A stretch of DNA of 64,000 nt from Malacoraja senta. Lineage: Eukaryota. Below the pieces are notes generated by a model. That model did not search any database and was not told where the DNA came from. It saw nothing but the letters and a program-made list of their open reading frames with translations. The translations under genes were made by a program, and so were the position numbers. Within the stretch, counting starts at the first letter, position 1, and each line of letters begins with the position of its first letter. Of the stretch, positions 9,494 to 20,340 are shown piece after piece. The stretch covers positions 9,860,001 through 9,924,000 of the forward strand of contig CM075988.1 in NCBI GenBank assembly GCA_038087875.1, written 5' to 3'.

Positions 9494-12291
9494 TTGTGTC
9501 TCAATGCAAGGAGCATTCGTAATAAGGTGGATGAGTTGAACGTGCAGGTAGCTATTAATGATTATGATATAGTTGGGATCACGGAGACATGGCTCCAGGG
9601 TGACCAAGGCTGGGAGCTGAACATCCAGGGATATTCAATATTCAGGAGGGATAGAGAGAAAGGAAAAGGAGGTGGGGTAGCGTTGCTGGTTAGAGAGGAG
9701 ATTAACGCAGTGGAAAGGAAGGACATTAGCTTGGAGGATGTGGAATCAGTATGGGTAGAGCTGCGAAACACTAAGGGGCAGAAAACGCTGGTGGGTGTTG
9801 TGTACAGGCCACCTAGCAGTAGTAGTGAAGTTGGGGATGGCATCAAACAGGAAATTAGAAATGCGGCAACAAAGGCAAAACAGTTATAATGGGTGACTTC
9901 AATCTACATATAGATTGGGTGAATCAAATTGGCAGGGGTGCTGAGGAAGAGGATTTCTTGGAATGTATGCGGGATAGTTATCTAAACCAACATGTAGAGG
10001 AACTAACGAGAGAGCAGGCTATTCTAGACTGGGTATTGAGTAATGAGGAAGGGTTAGTTAGCAGTCTTGTTGTGCGTGCCCCCTTGGGCAAGAGTGACCA
10101 TAATATGGTTGAGTTCTTCATTAGGATGGGGAGTGACATTGTTAATTCAGAAACAATGGTTCTGAACTTAAAGAAAGGTAACTTTGAGGGTATGAGACGT
10201 GAATTGGCCAAGATTGACTGGCAATTAGTTCTAAAAGGGTTGACGGTGGATATGCAATGGAAGGCATTTAAAGACTGCATGGATGAACTACAAAAATTGT
10301 TCATCCCAGTTTGGCAAAAGAATAAATCAGGTAAGGTAGTGCATCCGTGGATAACAAGGGAAATCAGGGATAGTACCAAAGCAAAAGATGATGCGTACAA
10401 ATTAACCAGAAAAAGCAGCATACCAGAGGACTGGGAGAAATTCAGAGACCAGCAGAGGAGGACAAAGGGCTTAATTAGGAAAGGGAAAATAGATTATGAA
10501 AGAAAACTGTCAGGGAACATAAAAACTGACTGCAAAAGTTTTTATAGATATGTGAAGAGTAAGAGATTAGTTAAAACAAATGTAGGTCCCTTGCAGTGAG
10601 AAACAGGTGAATTGATCATGGGGAACAAGGATATGGCGGACCAATTGAATAACTACTTTGGTTCCGTCTTCACTAAGGAAGACATAAATAATCTGCCGGA
10701 AATAGCAGGGGACCGCTGGTCAAAGGAGATGGAGCAATTGAGTGAAATCCAGGTTAGTCGGGAAGTGGTGTTGGGTAAATTGAATGGATTAAAGGCCGAT
10801 AAATCACCAGGGCCAGATAGGCTGCATCCCAGAGTACTTAAGGAAGTAGCTCCAGAAATAGTGGATGCATTAGTGATAATTTTTCAAAACTCTTTAGATT
10901 CTGGAGTAGTTCCTGAGGATTGGAGGGTAGCAAACGTGACCCCACTTTTTAAGAAGGGAGGGAGAGAGAAAATGGGGAATTACAGACCAGTTAGTCTAAC
11001 ATCGGTAGTGGGGAAACTGCTAGAGTCAGTTATTAAAGATGGGATAGCAGCACATTTGGAAAGTGGTGAAATCATTGGACAAAGTCAGCATGGATTTACG
11101 AAAGGTAAATCATGTCTGACGAATCTTATGGAATTTTTCGAGGATGTAACTAGTAGAGTGGATAGGGGAGAACCAGTGGATGTGTTGTATCTGGACTTTC
11201 AGAAGGCTTTCGACAAGGTCCCACATAAGAGATTAATATACAAACTTAAAGCACACGGTATTGGGGGTGCAGTATTGATGTGGATAGAGAACTGGCTGGC
11301 AAACAGGAAGCAAAGAGTAGGAGTAAACGGGTCCTTTTCACAATGGCAGGCAGTGACTAGTGGGGTACCGCAAGGCTCAGTGCTGGGACCCCAGCTATTT
11401 ACAATTTATATTAATGAACTGGATGAGGGAATTGAAGGCAACATCTCCAAGTTTGCGGATGACACTAAGCTGGGGGGCAGTGTTAGCTGTGAGGAGGATG
11501 CTAGGAGACTGCAAGGTGACTTGGATAGGCTGGGTGAGTGGGCAAATGTTTGGCAGATGCAGTATAATGTGGATAAATGTGAGGTTATCCACTGTGGTGG
11601 CAAAAACAGGAAAGCAGACTATTAACTAAATGGTGGCCGATTAGGAAAAGGGGAGATGCAGCGAGACCTGGGTGTCATGGTACACCAGTCATTGAAAGTA
11701 GGCACGCAGGTGCAGCAGGCAGTGAAGAAAGCGAATGGTATGTTAGCTTTCATAGCAAAAGGATTTGAGTATAGGAGCAGGGAGGTTATACTGCAGTTGT
11801 ACAGGGTCTTGGTGAGACCACACCTGGAGTATTGCGTACAGTTTTGGACTCCAAATCTGAGGAAGGACATTATAGCCATAGAGGGAGTGCAGAGAAGGTT
11901 CACCAGATTGATTCCTGGGATGTCAGGACTTTCATATGAAGAAAGACTGGATAGACTTGGCTTATACTCGCTAGAATTTAGGAGATTGAGAGGGGATCTT
12001 ATAGAAACGTACAAAATTCTTATGGGGTTGGACAGGCTAGATGCAGGAAGATTGTTCCCGATGTTGGGGAAGTCCAGGACAAGGGGTCACAGCTTAAGGA
12101 TAAGGGGGAAATCCTTTAAGACCGAGATGAGAAAAAACTTTTTCACACAGAGAGTGGTGAATCTCTGGAACTCTCTGCCACAGAGGGTAGTTGAGGCCAG
12201 TTCATTGGCTATATTTAAGAGGGAGTTAGATGTGGCCCTTGTGGCTAAAGGGATCAGGGGGTATGTAGAGAAGGCAGGTACGGGATACTGA
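9494..12291 (+). pseudogene. CR1 ORF2 (APE-RT) with one frameshift and two nonsense codons
   Basis: NARS, ITETW, YRPP, GDFN, SDH; NYRPVSL, QHGF, YLDFQKAFDKV, GVPQGS, FADD; frameshift near 9865, stops at 10597-10599 and 11623-11625. Confidence 0.95.
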
Positions 12292-12379
12292 GTCGGATGT
12301 TCAGCCATGATCATATTGAATGGCGGTGCAGGCTCGAAGGGCCGAATGGCCTACTCCTGCACCTATTTTCTATGTATCT

Positions 12380-12990
12380 ATGTAAGTGTGGTCCTCAAGA
12401 TGCTTCGACAGTAGGTTCCTGTCACATCTCTGAATTTGCCAAACTAACCATGAAGGTGGTCATGCTCATGGTATTGGTTCAGCATAGCGAGTGCAGATTT
12501 TGCAAAAGTTTCAGCTAGACAGGATGGAAGTGGCTGAAGAGAATGTTATGTTATATATTTGCGCCCTGCTCAAACAGAGCAGGCCAGGTGTCACAGGTTT
12601 GTTAAAATTGTGTTTTCAGCATAACCTACTGATCCATGTTTATGTGTAATGGCACATTTATTTTCATTATATTGAAACTACAAGGACCTTAAGAAATGTG
12701 GAAACAGGATTGTTTATCAGTTACATAAAGCCACACAGGAGAGTGTCAGTGCAGACTATCTCAAGGTGGTTTAAAGCAAATGTTGATTCAGGCAGGTATT
12801 AACACTGACGTGTATATATCTTTTTCCACTAATGCGGCAGCAACGTCGTCAGCTAGGGCGATGGATGTTCCCATCGACCATATTCTTACAGGTGCCGGGT
12901 GGTCAAATGAATTGCTTTTTCAATTTTTTTTTACCATCGGCTGATTGCCGATCGGGGAGAGGCTGTTTGCAAATTGCAAAATCAATGCAG
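12380..12990 (+). pseudogene. DIRS tyrosine recombinase relic, catalytic C-terminal piece
   Basis: KLTMKVVML, KQSRPG, LFISYIKPH..VS.QTISRW, degenerate HSTR region and AGWS; colinear with copy B about 20870-21450. Confidence 0.82.
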
Positions 12991-13040
12991 TGAGAAGCCG
13001 AGATTTGAATCTGCGGCATAAAATCACAGAGCTTTGAACT

Positions 13041-13151
13041 CTTCACAGAATCACTAAAGTGACTCCGAAGTAAAATAGTAAGATTAAACGAGAACTTACC
13101 AGTTTGAAGTTTGATCTTTATTTTATGAGGAGTTGCGTTGGTGATTACGTG
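13041..13151 (+). other. DIRS internal complementary region (ICR), copy A
   Basis: 13074-13151 is the inverted complement of the right terminus 13300-13377; 13041-13076 is the complement of the left terminus seen in copy B. Confidence 0.88.
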
Positions 13152-13269
13152 CCCCCCACGCCCAACCCTCTCTCTCATAAAGGTCATATGGTAGTTCTCA
13201 TGTTGCTGATCTTACTATGTTACTTCATATTTTCTGTTATCTGTGATTTCATACCGCTGCTTTGAAGAT

Positions 13270-13377
13270 TGACGTGCATGCGCCCTGATGGGTCTTCTTC
13301 ACGTAATCACCGACGTAACTCCTCATAATATAAAGATCAAACTTCAAACTGGTAAGTTCTCGTTTAATCTTACTATT
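13270..13377 (+). repeat. DIRS right terminal inverted repeat plus extension, copy A
   Basis: TGACGTGCATGCGCCCTGATGGGTCTTCTTCACGTAATCAC is the inverted complement of the left ITR of copy B in element orientation; ends in ATT. Confidence 0.88.
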
Positions 13378-13614
13378 TATGCTGTCAAGGTGTCCCCAAT
13401 GAGTCATACCCTTCAAGTTTGTTAAAAATGTTTGGAGACAAAAGGAACTGGTTTTCAAAAAAAGAGACAAAGTACTGGAGTAACTCTGCGGATTATGCAG
13501 CATCTGAAACATGGATAGGTGACTTCTCGGATTGGGATCCTTCATCAGACTGAAACATCACCTAGCCATGTTCTCCAGAAATACCGCCTGATCCATTGAG
13601 TTACTGCAGCAATT

Positions 13615-13930
13615 TGAATGAATGAATGAATGAATGAATGAATCAAAGATACTTTATCGTCAAGTGACATGTCCCAGTGATATTCTGTGTTTTGCATACC
13701 CACGGTATGCAAAGAGTCGCCACATAAAGGATGCTGACAAAGTTACAAAGTATTCCAATTTACACAAACCAGTTTTAACACATCCCATTTTGGTCCCTCT
13801 TAGTTATCGGCAGTGCCCGCACACCGCCCCCCCCCCCTTTGTTTTCCCCCACGACGGTTCCCCCACGCTGGGCCCCCCTTTGTTCTCGGCAGCCATTCCG
13901 TTTGTTTGTGTCCTCTTTTGTGGAAAAGCC
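13615..13930 (-). mobile_element. 3' fragment of a LINE or non-autonomous derivative (Rex1/Babar-like tail) with (TTCA)n tail
   Basis: Related to 38235-38640 (+) and 55600-55850 (-): GTAACTTT...CAGTGACA...ATAAAGTAT followed by a microsatellite tail. Confidence 0.55.
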
Positions 13931-14422
13931 TGTAATGTGGCACCTTATTGAAGGGTTTCATGTTGGTTTCTTTTCAAATGTTCTGATGGCCTCTTGTGGT
14001 AATTATTTCTCTGTCTGCTATCTGACCAGAGTATTTCCAGCATTTCCTATTTTTTTTTATTTTAATATTTCTGAGTCCAATATGTGTTCATCACAAGCTT
14101 TATTTGCTGCAGTCTACAATGGCTTCACCGAACCAATTTGTCCTTCAAAGTTCATTGGCTAGCAGGAGCACAAAAGTTACTTTTCCTTTTGCGCCTGATT
14201 ATCAAATAGTCAGCTCATCACATACTTTATAATGAAGCCTGATCTGGTAAGAGTTTGATGACATGTTAATACACAGAATTACAGTTACACTAATTCTTTG
14301 TGTTTACAGATTCCTATGAAATCAGATGGGCAAGCTGAACAATCATAGAAACTCACACCACTATTGTTTCATATTTGACTTCATTTCTCATATTCAGCCA
14401 TTCAGACAAGACATCCAGCCCT

Positions 14423-14512
14423 TCGAAGAAGGGTTTCTACCCGAAACGTTGCCTATTTCCTTCGCTCCATAGATGCTGCCTCACCCGCTGAGTTTCTCCA
14501 GCATTTTTGTCT
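14423..14512 (+). mobile_element. Short Penelope-like terminus with hammerhead-like core
   Basis: GAAGAAGGGTTTCTACCCGAAACGTTGCC...; flanked by ACAT(C/T)CAGCCCT at 14411-14422 and 14513-14524. Confidence 0.75.
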
Positions 14513-14819
14513 ACATTCAGCCCTGCGATCTGTGCCAGTTCCCTAATCTTCCACATCAGTCCCAATCCCCTGCTTATTTTCCTGTAACCTATCCTCTCTC
14601 AAATGTCCATTAACTCCCTTTAGTTTTCCTGTCACCCATCTATGTGAGGGGTAATTTACAGTAACCAATTAATCTACAAAGCAGCTCACCTTTGGAAACA
14701 TTGTCTGTCCATGCCCTCCAGAGATGCTGCCTCATCTGTTGAGTTACTCCAGCTCTTTGTTGTTTTACAGTGGACTATTGATAATCAATAGTCCATCAAA
14801 CACATTGATGTTTCAAGTG

Positions 14820-14938
14820 AAGATGGACACAAAATGCTGGAGTAACTCAGCGGGACATTCCTATCCCGCTGAGTTACTCCAGAATTTAGTGTCTATCTTG
14901 GGTTTAAACCAGCATCTGCAGTTCCTTCCTACACATGT
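14820..14938. mobile_element. Palindromic Penelope-derived mini-element
   Basis: About 30-bp arms GACACAAAATGCTGGAGTAACTCAGCGGGA / TCCCGCTGAGTTACTCCAGAATTTAGTGTC around an 8-nt loop; ATGTTTCAAGTG duplicated on both sides. Confidence 0.8.
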
Positions 14939-16561
14939 CATGTTTCAAGTGTTTAGTACTTACTGGAACCCTCTCCCAGTTCACAGAAGTTCAGCTCAGT
15001 TTAGTTTATTGTCACGTGTACCAAGGTACGGTGTGTTGCTTGCTAATCAGTCAGCGGAAAGACAGTACATGATTACAATTGAGCCATTTATAGTGTATTG
15101 ATACATGATACAGGAAATAACGTTTAGTTAAAGGTAAATCCAGTAAAGTCCGATCAAAATGGCCACCAATGAGGTAGATGGTAGTTCAGGACTGCTCTCT
15201 AGTTTGTTTCTTCCTCACTTATTCAGTGAGCACTTGCTCACATGACTGCAGTGCTTTCTGAGTCCCAGCATTAAGTAACTTCCACTCTCGTCCTTGTACA
15301 ATGGATCAGCTCCTTCCTTGGTCCCCATCCAATTTTTGAAGGCTGCTCACCTTCAGGCCTCAGATGTCGTGACCTGATAATTGACGCTTCGAGCACAATC
15401 TCCGCGGAGCTCCCGTGAGCTGCACTGAAATCGTCATGTTTCGAGAATAACTCCGAGGGCAGAAATTTTATTTGTACCAAAGTAATGTCAGGTCACAAAA
15501 GGCAATTACGAAATGTCCCACTCAAGCGTGGAGTCGCCCACACTAGCCACATGCTGCAACTAATTTAGCTGAGTGGAATTTCTATCTCAGCTAAATTAAT
15601 TAAATGTCTTACAAAAGCCACATAAAAAATAATGGAAGAATTTATTCATGGCATACCTAATTAAAAATCTCATCTGCATAGAGCAATGTTCAGATTACTT
15701 GAAGCAAAATTTAAATTTGCAATCCTGTGATCCAAATCTACATCACAGTAATATTACAGTATGGCGACTTTCTGCATTTATTCTTTGAGCAGTGGCTTGA
15801 AAGTGGCTCTAGAGGTGAGCACCAGTTAATGCTGCTGCCACAATTCCAACAGCCCAGGATTGATCCTGAACTCTAATACTGTCGGCATGAAATCTCCCAT
15901 TCACTGCATGAGTTTCTCCTGAGTGTTCTGGTTTCCTCCCACATCTCAAAGTCATGCTTCTTGATAGGTTCATTGGCCACTGTAAATTACTACTAGTAGG
16001 AGTGCCTATCGTGGGCAAAGTCAATGCACAGGGTGTGAGAAGGGACAGATTAAAGGGAAATGAGGAGAATGGGACTGATAGGAATTCTCCTCAAGGTATG
16101 CCTACTTTGAAGATGTTCTCCTCTTCTCTACGATCAGAGTTCTGCAACATCCTTTCTTGCTGCACCCCCCCTCTGTGCTTTTCAGACCTTTCATTCATTT
16201 GTTCTTTGTACCCTTTCATACCTCTGGTTTCCCTCTCCCTGACTCTTGATCTGAAGAAGGGCCTCGACTCTTCTCTTAGGGGTAACGGAATCAAGGGATA
16301 TGGGGAGAATGCAGGAACGGGGTACTAATTTTGGATGATCAGCCTTGATCATATAGAATGGCTGAAGGACTCGAAGGGCCAAAATTGCCTATTCCTGCAC
16401 CTATTTTCTATGTTTCTATGACCCAAAACATCACCTATTCCTTTTCTCCAGAGATGCTGCCTGACCCGCTGAGTTACTCCTGCATTTTGTGTCTATCTGA
16501 GGATTTTTTGTGAGTTGGCATAGACCTGCTGTGCTGAAAGGCCTCACTTCATGTCAAGAGA

Positions 16562-16615
16562 AGGGCGGGAGATTGCAACCTTCACATGGTCCACCCTGTT
16601 TCGACTAATGCAATT
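16562..16615 (+). ncRNA. Minimal HDV-like ribozyme motif
   Basis: P1 AGGGCGG/CCACCCT (1 mismatch), P2 GATTGCA/TGCAATT, P3 ACC/GGT, L3 TTCACAT, G for P1.1, stub P4 TTTCGA, J4/2 CTAA with putative catalytic C16605. Confidence 0.75.
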
Positions 16616-16702
16616 AACCCGACGTGCACAAACAAATAGATGTCGTTTTTCATGCCACTTGATCTACAACTTTAGGCTGTGCGCGGCATACGCAAGAAGA
16701 AG
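16563..16702 (+). mobile_element. 140-bp non-autonomous retroposon with 5' HDV-like ribozyme and (AAG)3 tail
   Basis: Perfect 12-bp TSD ATGTCAAGAGAA at 16551-16562 and 16703-16714; AAGAAGAAG tail; HDV-like fold at the 5' boundary. Confidence 0.85.
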
Positions 16703-17779
16703 ATGTCAAGAGAAATATGAAGCAATATGAGAAAATATCTGTCTTTCTGTTGCAAAATAAAGCACTGGAGGAACTCAGCAGATCAGACAGAATCTGTAAA
16801 GTGTATGGTAAGGTGATGTTTCAGGCTCAAAAGTATGGAGAAGGGTTTTGACCTGAAAAGTCACCTCTCCATTGTCTCCACAGATGCTGACTGACCCTAT
16901 GAGTTCCTCCATCACTTTGTATTTTGCTCAAGAATCCAGCATTCGCAGTTTCTCGAGTCTCTCTCTGTCTTTGTGCTGGTAGTTGTCATCATTTACCTGT
17001 AGGCTGCTGTCATTGAGAACATCCAATGGAGATTCTTTTTACCCATTTTGCCTGGTGGAAATTATCTGATAAGGTTTTGAAGCAAGGTGACATCCACATT
17101 TGGGAATAGTTGCACAACGACAGCAGAGTGCACCCACAGGCTCATTGGTTCTGCCTCATTTAGCACTGTTTATTCAACCTGACAATCTGAATTCATAAAG
17201 TCATACAGCGCGGAAACAGAGCTTTAGCCCACAGAGCCCACGCAACCCATGAAGCACACATGAAGCTATGAAATAGAGCTACCAAGTAAATTGTTCCATC
17301 TATAAATCAGTTTCAAGAAACTAATAAAAGGTCTTTATGCAATACCTCTCACAACATTCAAAGTAGCTCCAGAGAAAAAAATATATTTAGGGAAATATGG
17401 ATCCAATTAATGTTCAGTAAGATCGTATCAACAACAATAATATTAAAGATCAAATAGGTAGATACAAAGACCAGAAATTTTATTTAATTACTAACTGAAT
17501 GATAATAATGTCCAGGAGCTCAGTATAATTTCCACCTCTTAATTGTCACCCTTTTAAGAATTCAAATGTTTAAACTTCCACCCTGTCCAATCTGCCTTCC
17601 ATGGCATTATATGTTTTTATCTCATTAAATGAAATGAGATGCACTCTGTTCATCTTTCCCTGATATTTACACCCTATTTCTTGTGCCAGTAAATCCTCTC
17701 CGCGTCCTCTCCCAGTGCCACATTATTATTTTCCCAATATGAGGACTAGAATTGTGCACAGTACCAGCATGTGGTCTAT

Positions 17780-17987
17780 AGGGCCTGTCCCACCAGGGCG
17801 TCATTTGCGTGTCATTTACGCGGTATTAATTCCGCGTCACGACGCACGACGCAAGCGTCGTGACGCGCACATGATACGCGCATGGTGCGTGGTGATGTAG
17901 GCAGTGACGTGCGGTCACGCGCAGCGCCCCAGGATTTTGGGATTCACAAAATCTTTGCGCAAATAATGCCCAAGTGGGACTGGCCCT
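17780..17987. mobile_element. MITE (non-autonomous DNA transposon, PIF/Harbinger-like termini)
   Basis: TIRs AGGGCCTGTCCCAC / GTGGGACTGGCCCT in TA-rich flanks; same family as 43700-43975. Confidence 0.8.
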
Positions 17988-19265
17988 TAACAAAGATTTG
18001 TTAGAAGTTTAGCATAATCTCACTACTTTCCTACTGTACCTTGCTGGAAATAAATCCTATAGCTTGAGTAGCTATATTTATGAATTTGCTCACCTGTGGT
18101 ATAACTTCTAGTAATTGGTGTTTTTATTTTCTGAGATCCCATTAGTTATTTTCCATAAGGGTGAACCCTCCCACCTTCTCAAGTAACAAGTGACTATGTG
18201 AAGATATTGTTACTTGATTTACCACTTAATAACGATGGGATCTATGAGCATTCATTGCTATATTTGTGGTATGAGTTTCACTAATACCGAGAACACAACA
18301 TTATTAACTGCTCCTTTTCTTTCTCTTATTTCATTTTTGCTGCTGTTTCTGCAAATCAGTGTTTGCTCATTATTGCATTATTTCTATTCCTGTTCTTTTC
18401 TGCTATAACTATTCCATGTGGAATATCCAATATCTTTTTCCTGAAGGGAACGGTGAAATAACTAACCCAGATGAGCTCGGAGACATACACTAACTATCAC
18501 TCCCACCCACATAAGACATGTTTTTTCCATTAATTGTGAAGGGATAGGGTGTTAGGAAGTTCAGATTCACTGGGGACATTTTCACAGAATTATGGCTTAC
18601 GCCACATGCAGACACAAAGCCAATAACCTCTGTAACAATGGCACCGATGGGGGCTGTTAAACCTACAAGCACATTCAGCTGCTGTGAGTTTGAGTTAATT
18701 CCTTCTGTTACTGGGAATATTGCGATGAACAGCATAGATACGGAAAGCAAGTAACTTTGTGATCTGCAACTTGGCCATTATATTTGTCGACATTATGTCT
18801 TGCTTGATTATGAAGTGCTTTCGATACTCCGATGAGACAAACGCAATATATAAATACAACCTTTCTCTTAGACTCTATATAAATCCAAATTTTCAGTTTT
18901 CCCTTAACGCAGACTACTGAGTAAAAATACTTCTTGATCATACCCGTGTTCCTCTAAATGATAAGCACAGGCCAGATTTCAAGTGCAAATTCACAGCATG
19001 GGGCTCATAAAGGAAGAATAGGCAGTGAGTACTCTCAAGGCATTAGTGACTATTTTCCACTTGTAAAGAAGCTTGCTCTTGGGTTTCCACCCTGCAGTGA
19101 CAATAGGTTAGTTTCTGCTCATTCAATATCTACTTGTATTTATACAATATTTTACTGATATCATCATAAATGTCCAACTATACTTCACAGGAGAAAGCAT
19201 CACGCTGAGACACACTGGAGCACTGAAAGTTTAACCACAAAAAGAGGCATTTTAATGAACTTTAT

Positions 19266-19850
19266 GTGGTGACAAGGAGGCACAACCAGTAGAACTGCTG
19301 CCTTACAACTCCAGCAACCAGTCAATCCTTATCCTGTATGTTTTCCATGTGCAGTTTGCACGCACCACCAGGTTCAGGGACAGTTTCCTCCGAGCTGTTA
19401 TCAGGCAACTGAACCATCCCATCAACAACTAAAGAGTCGTCCTGAGCCACTAGGCCAGTGGCCTCATTGGAGACCCTCAGACAATCTTTAATTGGACTTT
19501 ACCGGACTTTATCTTACTCTAAATGTTATTCCCTTCATCATGTATGTGCACACTGTGGATGGCTTGATTGTAATCATGTATAGTCTTGCTGACTGGATAG
19601 CATGCAACACAAGCTTTCACTGTACCTCAGTACATGTTACAATCAACTAAACTAATCTAAACATTCTCCCTGTGACCAAGTGGATTTTTTCCACTGCCTC
19701 GATTCCCCCCCTCCCCCCCCCTGCATATCTAAGACATGTGGACCTAGCTACTGTTAATTGCCTGTAGTGTGTAAGTGAGCGGGAGAAACTGGGGGGAAGT
19801 TAAGGGAATCTCGGGAGAATGAAATGGGATCAATATTGGTAAATGCTTAA
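19266..19850 (+). mobile_element. Old HE1/V-SINE interrupted by a Rex1/Babar-like 3' fragment (19360-19661)
   Basis: SINE split at GTTTGCAC|ATTCTCCC; insert reads RTTRFRDSF..AVIRQLN and ends in (AAACT)n. Confidence 0.65.
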
Positions 19851-20080
19851 GATAGACACCAAATACTGGAGTAACTCAACGTGTCAGGCAGCATCTCTGG
19901 AAAAAAGGAACAGGTAACGTTTCGGGTCAGAACACTTCTTTAGACTCAAGTCTGAAGAAGGGATCCAACCCAGAAATATCGCCAATTCCTTTTCTCCAGA
20001 GATGCTGCCTGACCCGCTGAGTTACACCAGCATTTTTATGTCTATCTTCAGTATAAACCAGCATCTGCAGTTCCTTCCTG
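19850..20080. mobile_element. Palindromic Penelope-derived mini-element
   Basis: Two inverted copies of the Penelope terminus meet at CTTCTTTAGACT-CA-AGTCTGAAGAAG. Confidence 0.8.
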
Positions 20081-20340
20081 CATGCTTTGTAGATACATGC
20101 TTGATGTTTGACTGAAGGCCAGCTTTGTGTGTAATTTGATGGTACATTAACAGGGAGAATAGAGGGTGAGAAACAAAGGATTAGGGTGAGAGCTTAGACT
20201 CAAGATTAAAGATAATTGGAGACAAGTGACAAGAATGGTCAAAAATACACAAAAAAAACCCTCCAAGTATTAATCCTGTAACAACATTCTTCTGGTATTC
20301 AACCCCTTTGTCCTACTCCCTTGTTAATTTTTGATTCATT

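Larger units (their letters stand above)
7665..12379 (+). mobile_element. Near full-length CR1 (HER1-type) LINE, ORF2 inactivated
   Basis: 9-bp TSD ATGTAAGTG at 7656-7664 and 12380-12388 (empty site visible in DIRS copy B); tandemly repeated 5' UTR; CR1 3' end GAAGGGCCGAATGGCCTACTCCTG...(CTATGT)n. Confidence 0.93.
1..13377 (+). mobile_element. DIRS1-type tyrosine-recombinase retrotransposon, copy A (degenerate, left end outside window, interrupted by three LINE insertions)
   Basis: Pieces in canonical order: RT (YLDD), RNase H, Dam-like methyltransferase, tyrosine recombinase, ICR and right terminal repeat ending ...GTTTAATCTTACTATT at 13377; colinear with copy B at 20341-23694. Confidence 0.92.

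Noticed and set aside
18490..18941. Possible host exon (ORFs 18490-18750 and 18708-18941)
   Set aside because: No recognisable domain, no consistent splice-site pair, and the other frames I translated are closed
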